Source: a virus. Taken from it: DNA of 20,235 bases. The DNA is taken from the IMG/VR virus record IMGVR_UViG_3300002446_000025. One strand, given 5' to 3'. Below, one piece after another: positions 14,556 through 20,235 of this stretch (position 1 is its first letter; each line of letters opens with the position of its first letter). Position numbers and translations under genes: made by a program. The notes under the pieces were generated by a model that was given only the letters and a program-made list of their open reading frames with translations, searched no databases and was not told the DNA's origin.

Positions 14556-16725
14556 GTATGCGACCCGATGGTCGTTTCTCGCCCGCCCAGGGCAGATCCC
14601 TCCAAAAGACGCCCCGTGGTTCTGCTACTTGATGCGGTCCGGGCGTGGGGGTGGCAAGACGCGCAGTGGGTCCGAGTGGGTGCTCGACCGCGTGCGGCAG
14701 GGGTATCGGATGATTGCACTTGTTGGCAAGACAGCCGCCGATGTCCGCGATACGATGGTTGAGATCGGGGACTCGGCGATCATGCAGGTCGCTCGCCCCC
14801 ACGAGCGCCCGATCTACGAGCCGTCAAAACGGCGCCTTACGTTCCCCTCCGGCGCGATCGCCATCGGCTACAACGGCGACGAGCCGGACCAGCTCCGCGG
14901 ACCGCAGCACGACAGCGCCTGGGTGGACGAGCTTGCGAAGTTCCAGTACCCAGAAGAGACGTGGAGCAACCTTCTTTTCGGGCTTCGTCTCGGCGCGAAC
15001 CCTCAGGTCTTCGTTACTACGACCCCCCGCCCGATTCCGCTGATAAAGCGCCTGGTAGCAGCTCCCGATACAATCGACGTGCGGTTCTCGACGTTTGAAA
15101 ATGCCGCAAACCTCTCTCCGATCTTCCTGGAGAAGATCCGTGCCGAATATGAAGGTACTCGCCTCGGCCGGCAGGAACTCGAGGGCGAGATCCTCGATGA
15201 CAACCCCTACGCCCTCTGGCAGAGGAGCACGATCGAGCATCTCCGGGTCCCGAAAGCCCCTCCCCTGATTCGCATCGTCGTTGGCGTCGACCCGGCCGTC
15301 ACCGGGAGCGAGACCAGCGACGAGACCGGGATCGTCGTCGCCGGCACCGCAGCGGACGGCACGATCTACGTCCTCGGCGACTACTCCCTCCGTGGCCCCC
15401 CGATCGACTGGGCCCGGGCGGTTGAACGTGCCTATCGCACCCATGCCGCGGACCGCGTGATTGGAGAAGTAAACAATGGCGGGGACCTGGTCGAGGTCAA
15501 CCTCCGGACGGTCGACCCGACGATCTCGTTTACGGCAGTCCACGCCAGCCGCGGGAAACTCATCCGAGCAGAACCGGTGGCCTCGCTCTACGAGCAGGGG
15601 AAGGTGCACCACGTCGGCACCTATCCTGCGCTCGAGGATCAGATGTGTGAATGGGTTCCAGGAGACAAGTCCCCAGATCGGTGTCTCGCGGCGGGCACGA
15701 CAATCGACACCATCTCCGGCCCAACGCCCATCGAAGAGGTGTGTTTGGGCGATCTCGTCCTCACTCGCAGAGGATACAAAGAGGTGATTGCGTCAGGGAT
15801 GACTGATGATGCAGCCCCCTGTATCACTATCACCTGCTCGGACGGAAAACAACTTACTGGAACGCCAAACCACCAGGTCTTCACTAAAAACAGAGGATTT
15901 ATTAGGATGGACGCCCTAGTATGGGATGATGCATTATGGACAGAGAAACCCTCGTCTACAATGGGATCACCTATGCGAGGTATCCAGGCTCAACAAGTAG
16001 GTCCCGAGCCAGATATTTCTATCCTTTCGTCACAAGATACAAGGACGGATCTCGGAGAAAAGCCCTTCACCAACAGATCTGGATTGATGCAAATGGCCCA
16101 ATTCCGGCAGGCCATCATATCCACCACATTGACGGAAACCCGTCGAACAACACCCTCTCAAATCTTCGGTGCGTCCCGGGTCGGCACCACACCCGTATCC
16201 ATCTTGCAGGGGTGTGCAGCGATGAGCACAGAGCGCACCTTGACCGGGTGCGCCCTCTCACAAAAGAGTGGCACGCCTCCGAAGAGGGGCACGATTGGCA
16301 CAAACAACACGGGCTGGCCTCGTGGGAGGGGCGAGAGCCAGAATACAACAAGGTCTGCAAAGAGTGCGGAACCCCGTTTAAATCGTTCTTTGAGCGAGCG
16401 CAGTTCTGCTCTCGACAGTGTATCAACCGACACAATGAGAGATCCCGCCGAGATTATGAAGGGCGCACTTGCCTTATATGCGGAAGATCATTCAACGTCA
16501 AAAAATCCAAGAAACAACCAACATGTTCCCGTACATGTGGTGCAGAAATGCGCCGCAGGAACCGGGCCCGTTTTTAATTTGAGCGTAAAAGACGCCCACG
16601 AATTTTATGCAAACGGCATCCTGGTGCATAACTGTGACGCCCTGGTCTGGGCAGTATCCGAACTATCACAGCGAACGCCCGGCGCCCGCGCCCTGATCGG
16701 CGGCGGCACCACGAGGAATTGGTGA
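14494..16725 (+). CDS. terL: Terminase large subunit precursor containing an intein
   Basis: Walker A GRGGGKTR, Walker B AWVDE, VTTTP coupling motif, nuclease motif VVGVDPA, and C-terminal SPDR|intein|CDALVWA. True start may be TTG 14527. Confidence 0.95.
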   Translation: MKKSNGERGRFLPGETEILTEYATRWSFLARPGQIPPKDAPWFCYLMRSGRGGGKTRSGSEWVLDRVRQGYRMIALVGKTAADVRDTMVEIGDSAIMQVARPHERPIYEPSKRRLTFPSGAIAIGYNGDEPDQLRGPQHDSAWVDELAKFQYPEETWSNLLFGLRLGANPQVFVTTTPRPIPLIKRLVAAPDTIDVRFSTFENAANLSPIFLEKIRAEYEGTRLGRQELEGEILDDNPYALWQRSTIEHLRVPKAPPLIRIVVGVDPAVTGSETSDETGIVVAGTAADGTIYVLGDYSLRGPPIDWARAVERAYRTHAADRVIGEVNNGGDLVEVNLRTVDPTISFTAVHASRGKLIRAEPVASLYEQGKVHHVGTYPALEDQMCEWVPGDKSPDRCLAAGTTIDTISGPTPIEEVCLGDLVLTRRGYKEVIASGMTDDAAPCITITCSDGKQLTGTPNHQVFTKNRGFIRMDALVWDDALWTEKPSSTMGSPMRGIQAQQVGPEPDISILSSQDTRTDLGEKPFTNRSGLMQMAQFRQAIISTTLTETRRTTPSQIFGASRVGTTPVSILQGCAAMSTERTLTGCALSQKSGTPPKRGTIGTNNTGWPRGRGESQNTTRSAKSAEPRLNRSLSERSSALDSVSTDTMRDPAEIMKGALALYAEDHSTSKNPRNNQHVPVHVVQKCAAGTGPVFNLSVKDAHEFYANGILVHNCDALVWAVSELSQRTPGARALIGGGTTRNW
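15682..16632 (+). mobile_element. Intein, 317 aa, in the TerL nuclease domain
   Basis: Block A CLAAGTTIDTISGPTPIEEV; block B TPNH (15862-15873); blocks F/G VFNLSVKDAHEFYANGILVHN; +1 residue Cys. Confidence 0.95.
15936..16577 (+). CDS. HNH homing endonuclease with two C-terminal zinc-binding repeats, nested in the -1 frame of the intein
   Basis: LHQQIWIDANGPIPAGHHIHHIDGNPSNNTLSNLRCVPGRHHTRIH (HNH_3-like); CKEC...FCSRQC and CLIC...TCSRTC. Confidence 0.92.
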   Translation: MDRETLVYNGITYARYPGSTSRSRARYFYPFVTRYKDGSRRKALHQQIWIDANGPIPAGHHIHHIDGNPSNNTLSNLRCVPGRHHTRIHLAGVCSDEHRAHLDRVRPLTKEWHASEEGHDWHKQHGLASWEGREPEYNKVCKECGTPFKSFFERAQFCSRQCINRHNERSRRDYEGRTCLICGRSFNVKKSKKQPTCSRTCGAEMRRRNRARF

Positions 16726-16730
16726 TTTTT

Positions 16731-17951
16731 ATGTTCGAACGACTGACGCGACTATTCGCAAGCGAACAGCCCGCCCCCGACCCGCAGACGCGGATCGTCG
16801 GGGGTCCGAGCGACGACAACCCCCATGCCCGGCTCGGGTGGAGCGACAAGACCGACCGCAGAAAACAGATCCAGCGCTGGATGATGAAGTATCGCCGGGG
16901 CGGACCCTACGCCGACGCCATCGACGCGTACTGGTTGTTTGCGTTATCAAATGGCTGGCAACTCTCCTGTGGGGAGGGGGGCGAGCCGATGAAAGACAAG
17001 GTGCAGGCATGGCTCGACCAGCCGCACGTCGACCTCGACGAGATCATGAAGCAGGCCATCCTCTCCGCGAAACTCGCCGGCGACGCTTACCAGGAGATCA
17101 TCCTGACCCGCAGCGGCGACGTGTGGGGGATTGTCACCCGCGACCCTGCATCATTCCGGAAGAAGTGGGATACCTACGGCCGGATCACCGGCTACGAGCA
17201 GATCGTCGGCGACGAGACGACCGGCCAAACGAGATATCCGATCGACAAGGAACGCATCTTGAACCTCGTCCTTGACCAGATGCCCGGCGACGTCTATGGT
17301 CTCTCTGTGTGGGAGCGGGCAGAGGACGACATCGAGCGCGATTGTGACATCATCGAAAGTGTGACGAAAGCAATCCACCGCCACGGCACCCCGAAACAAC
17401 AGTGGAAAATAGGCAACGCAGAGAACCGCGCCAGCGCCGCCGATCTCAAGGCCGTCGAGAAAGAGATCAAGACGATCGGTGCGAAGACGGATTTTGCTAC
17501 AGGCCACGACGTCGAGGTCATGCCGCTCGACACCACCGGCGTCGCGAACGTCGACACCTACAGCAACATCTCCCTGCAGCGGACCGCCTGCGCGCTCGGA
17601 GTCCCGGAAGAAATGCTCGGCCTCGGCCGCGGCAGCACCGAAGCGACGGCCACGGTCCGGATGAAAGCGTTTCTTGGGAAGATCAGCACCCTGCAGGCGA
17701 TCGTCGGCCGCACCTACTCCCGGGGCCTCATCGACCGGATCACCGGCGTGCCCGGCGCGGTCTGGCTGGAGTTTAATGATGTCAGCCCGGACGACGAAGC
17801 AAAGATCGCCGACTGGATCGCAAAGATGCGGCAGTCGTCGCCCCTGGACCCCGACGCCATCGTGCCGGCAGCCTGGGCGCGGGAACGGCTAGGTGTCCCG
17901 CCCGACGAGGACGCGGCGCCGAAGAAGATAGACGAAGAGGTAGCGGAGTAA
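16731..17951 (+). CDS. Portal protein
   Basis: ~406 aa between TerL and the gp7-like gene; GGTGA RBS; DVYGLS...IHRHGTP segment and ...ALGVP typical of portals. Confidence 0.8.
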   Translation: MFERLTRLFASEQPAPDPQTRIVGGPSDDNPHARLGWSDKTDRRKQIQRWMMKYRRGGPYADAIDAYWLFALSNGWQLSCGEGGEPMKDKVQAWLDQPHVDLDEIMKQAILSAKLAGDAYQEIILTRSGDVWGIVTRDPASFRKKWDTYGRITGYEQIVGDETTGQTRYPIDKERILNLVLDQMPGDVYGLSVWERAEDDIERDCDIIESVTKAIHRHGTPKQQWKIGNAENRASAADLKAVEKEIKTIGAKTDFATGHDVEVMPLDTTGVANVDTYSNISLQRTACALGVPEEMLGLGRGSTEATATVRMKAFLGKISTLQAIVGRTYSRGLIDRITGVPGAVWLEFNDVSPDDEAKIADWIAKMRQSSPLDPDAIVPAAWARERLGVPPDEDAAPKKIDEEVAE

Positions 17952-18697
17952 TGGCTCCGCTCCGTCGCATGAAAGATCCAACGAAGGCCGGCCGGCTCGT
18001 CCGGCAGAACGAGCGTCGCCTTGTCGCCTTCTTTCGCGACTACAAAGCGCAGGTGGTCCGGGCGCTGCACCAATCCACCCACCAACTCGCCGCACCTCCG
18101 CCCGAGATCAACTTCGTGGCGTTCGCTGACGACGTATCGGAATTATTTACCGAGATACTCAAGCGTGAAGGTAAGGCGATCACCGACGGTCTGGTTGAGG
18201 GAGGGTACAAGCAGGGCATCACCTTTGCCGATCTCGCCCTCAAACGGGCGGGGCTCGCCGGCACGATTACCACCGCAGGACCACTCGACTGGCGAGCGAT
18301 GGACGTGCTCAAGGTCCGCAACCTGACCGCGCTCAAGGGCATCGGGGAAGAGACAAACCGGGCGATCATCCGTGAACTCTCCGAGGGACTGCAGCGCGGC
18401 GAGAGCATCCCGAATCTCACCCGGCGCATCAGTGACCGCGTAGACGGCATTGGCATCCACCGCGCCCGCCTCATGGCGAGGACCGAGACGATGTATGCCT
18501 GCAACGAGGGCGCAAAAGTCCGGTATGCGCAGCACGGTATCGAGAAGGTCGAATGGTTGACCGCGTGGGACGATCGTGTCTGCCCCGACTGCGCCGCCCT
18601 GAACGGGAAAGTCTTTACTATCGCCCAGGCCCCGCCATGCCCTCTTCATGTGCAATGTCGCTGCACGCTCATGCCGGTAATCGAGGAGCAAAAATGA
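17951..18697 (+). CDS. Head morphogenesis protein, SPP1 gp7 / Mu gpF family
   Basis: RARLMARTET...N.G...EWLTAWDDRVCPDCAALNG...PLHVQCRCTL. Confidence 0.92.
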   Translation: MAPLRRMKDPTKAGRLVRQNERRLVAFFRDYKAQVVRALHQSTHQLAAPPPEINFVAFADDVSELFTEILKREGKAITDGLVEGGYKQGITFADLALKRAGLAGTITTAGPLDWRAMDVLKVRNLTALKGIGEETNRAIIRELSEGLQRGESIPNLTRRISDRVDGIGIHRARLMARTETMYACNEGAKVRYAQHGIEKVEWLTAWDDRVCPDCAALNGKVFTIAQAPPCPLHVQCRCTLMPVIEEQK

Positions 18698-18837
18698 CAG
18701 CGCCGAAACCGCCGATGGGCCGCATCTCGACCGTCTCCCTGGAGGAGCGGCTCGACGCGCAGCAGCAGCAGATCAAGGACCTCGAAGAGCGGATCGCGAA
18801 GATCTCGCTGCACATCTTCCGGAGGCGGGTCCCGTGA
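18694..18837 (+). CDS. 47-aa coiled-coil microprotein
   Basis: ATGA overlap; LEERLDAQQQQIKDLEERIAKI. Confidence 0.6.
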   Translation: MTAPKPPMGRISTVSLEERLDAQQQQIKDLEERIAKISLHIFRRRVP

Positions 18838-19019
18838 CGAGCGGCAAGCGCATCACCCCAGAGATGCAGGCATATATCCTCCAGCACAAGGATGCCCTGT
18901 ACCCGGCCGAGATTGCGTATAACCTCGGGGTGCTCTACGGGGTAGCGGTCACCGCGGACGGCGTGCGAAAACACCTCCGGCGGCTGCAGGCAAATTCCCA
19001 TATACTTTCTGCACGCTAA
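18834..19019 (+). CDS. Small HTH-like protein
   Basis: GKRITPEMQAYI...YPAEIAYNL...VTADGVRKHLRRL; GTGA overlap. Confidence 0.6.
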   Translation: MTSGKRITPEMQAYILQHKDALYPAEIAYNLGVLYGVAVTADGVRKHLRRLQANSHILSAR

Positions 19020-19032
19020 TCATTACATACCC

Positions 19033-19389
19033 ATGACTTCACAGACGACCGAACCCCGGGTTTTGACTACCACCATTGCATCGGGGACATCGCTCTCCGC
19101 CGTGATAAACCTGTCCGACGCGACGCTCGTTGGGCTCCAGATGCCTACCGCCTGGGACGCCGCGAACATCTATTTCAAGGCCGCCACGACCGCCGCTGGC
19201 ACGTATCAGGATATCTACGACGATGCAGGGAATGCCGTCTACGTTATCGCCGCCGCATCGCGGTATATCGGCATCGATATCGCATCGCTCCCCCTCGCCG
19301 GCTGCCAGTATATCAAGCTCCAGAGCGGGCCGACCGGCGCCACGGTGGATCAGACCGCAGCCCGGACGATCGCAATCGTGGCAAAATGA
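19033..19389 (+). CDS. Ala/Thr-rich beta protein, probable virion structural component
   Basis: TIASGTSLSAVINL...GLQMPTAW...YDDAG...AASR...KLQSG...Q.AARTI; TATACT box at 19001-19006. Confidence 0.6.
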   Translation: MTSQTTEPRVLTTTIASGTSLSAVINLSDATLVGLQMPTAWDAANIYFKAATTAAGTYQDIYDDAGNAVYVIAAASRYIGIDIASLPLAGCQYIKLQSGPTGATVDQTAARTIAIVAK

Positions 19390-20235
19390 AGCACATACTG
19401 CACGTGAGGGAAGCGCACCGGGGGGTTAATAGACACGACCTGGTCGCCGCCTACGATTTCGTGCAGGGTGTAGACCCGCAGACCCTCTACGACGTCTCCA
19501 GAAACGGGCACAACGGCACGCTCGGCAGTACTGCCGGAGGAGACACCAACGATCCGGCATGGGGTACCGGGGGAATCGGGCTTGTGTATGACGGGGTCGA
19601 CGACGAAGTAACCGGACTGCCGACCGCCGCCGGGATCAGCACGCTCATGGGCGACGGAGTGCAGGCGTCGGGGTTCGTGCGCGGCAAACGGAAAAACGTT
19701 CAGGGCACCGTCTACTACGAGACCCGGCACAGTCGTAAACTCACTCCGTTTGAGGCGGCGCGACAACGCCATTACCTGAACGGTATCCATTCTCGGCGGG
19801 GGTTCACCGGCGTGAAATACCAGCACGCCTACCCGATCCCCTGCGCCGCCGGGCTCATGGACTTTTCCATCACGAACGGTAAAGACGTGCTCTGGGTGTT
19901 CCCGGACGGGAGCACGAGCACCGCTTCTCGCCCGGCAAAAACACTTGCCAGTGCCGGCACGGTCTGGCTCTACTGCTCCAACTGGGACGCCCCGAATTTA
20001 TCGATCAACTGTAACACCACCGAGAGCCGGTACCTCGGCGCTCTATCCGAGCTCCCACCCGTAACCTACCTCCTGAGCCTCTACAACTGTTCGCAGGTCA
20101 CCGGCACACTCGCCGAGCTCCCACCATTAACCTACTACCTGAGCCTCTACAACTGTTCACTGGTCACCGGCACACTCGCCGACCTCCCACCATTAACCTA
20201 CTACCTGAGCCTCTACAACTGTTCACTGGTCACCG
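19386..20235 (+). CDS. LamG-like N-terminal start plus leucine-rich repeats (3' partial)
   Basis: Open from ATG 19386 (ATGA overlap) to the window end, so it is missing from the ORF track. Starts MKHILHVREAH...AAYDF...LYDVSRNGHNGTL; ends in 22-aa repeats GTLAELPPLTYYLSLYNCSLVT. Confidence 0.8.
   Translation, partial: MKHILHVREAHRGVNRHDLVAAYDFVQGVDPQTLYDVSRNGHNGTLGSTAGGDTNDPAWGTGGIGLVYDGVDDEVTGLPTAAGISTLMGDGVQASGFVRGKRKNVQGTVYYETRHSRKLTPFEAARQRHYLNGIHSRRGFTGVKYQHAYPIPCAAGLMDFSITNGKDVLWVFPDGSTSTASRPAKTLASAGTVWLYCSNWDAPNLSINCNTTESRYLGALSELPPVTYLLSLYNCSQVTGTLAELPPLTYYLSLYNCSLVTGTLADLPPLTYYLSLYNCSLVT
20043..20235 (+). repeat. 66-bp tandem repeat encoding LRR units
   Basis: Units 20043-20108, 20109-20174 and 20175 to the window end; units 2 and 3 differ only at GAG/GAC over the visible part. 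Confidence 0.95.

Larger units (their letters stand above)
1..20235 (+). mobile_element. Segment of an archaeal tailed virus or provirus (early/replication plus packaging/head modules)
   Basis: TerS-TerL-portal-gp7 gene order, Bet, D5 helicase and resolvase. Archaeal RBS GAGGTGA at 419-425 and 1641-1647, GGTGA at 16721-16725, and TATA-like boxes. No att site or integrase is visible, so free virus versus provirus is unresolved. Confidence 0.9.

Noticed and set aside
15880-15935. Programmed -1 frameshift from TerL into the HNH at AAAAAC
   Set aside because: It is not a full X XXY YYZ heptamer in the right phase, and the -1 frame has a TGA at 15927-15929 before the HNH start.
20043-20235. Diversity-generating retroelement template/variable repeat pair
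   Set aside because: The repeats are tandem and in frame, the differences are not restricted to adenines (e.g. TAC/CTC, GAG/GAC), and no reverse transcriptase is in the window.

Overview
All credible genes in this GC-rich window lie on the + strand, and most are coupled by ATGA/GTGA overlaps. It reads as part of an archaeal tailed virus or provirus (Caudoviricetes). GAGGTGA ribosome-binding sites, TATA-type promoters, an Hjc-like resolvase, a DUF2080-like domain and an RHH regulator point to an archaeal host; a methanogen such as Methanomicrobiales is my inference only. Gene order: end of an RCC1-repeat gene; a small promoter-driven cassette closed by a tRNA-shaped mini element; an early/replication block (RHH, Bet/RecT recombinase, zinc-finger microproteins, Myb-like repeat protein, relic C5 methyltransferase, N4/N6 methyltransferase, D5/P4-type SF3 helicase, iteron-like origin, resolvase, ParB-methyltransferase); a packaging/head block (TerS, TerL, portal, gp7/gpF-like protein); and an LRR-repeat protein that runs off the end. 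The standout feature is a 317-aa intein in TerL (15682-16632). Its in-frame interior is featureless Ser/Thr/Arg-rich sequence, while a complete HNH endonuclease gene (15936-16577) in the -1 frame fills almost exactly the gap between the two splicing domains. All family assignments come from motif recognition by eye; no database search was run.
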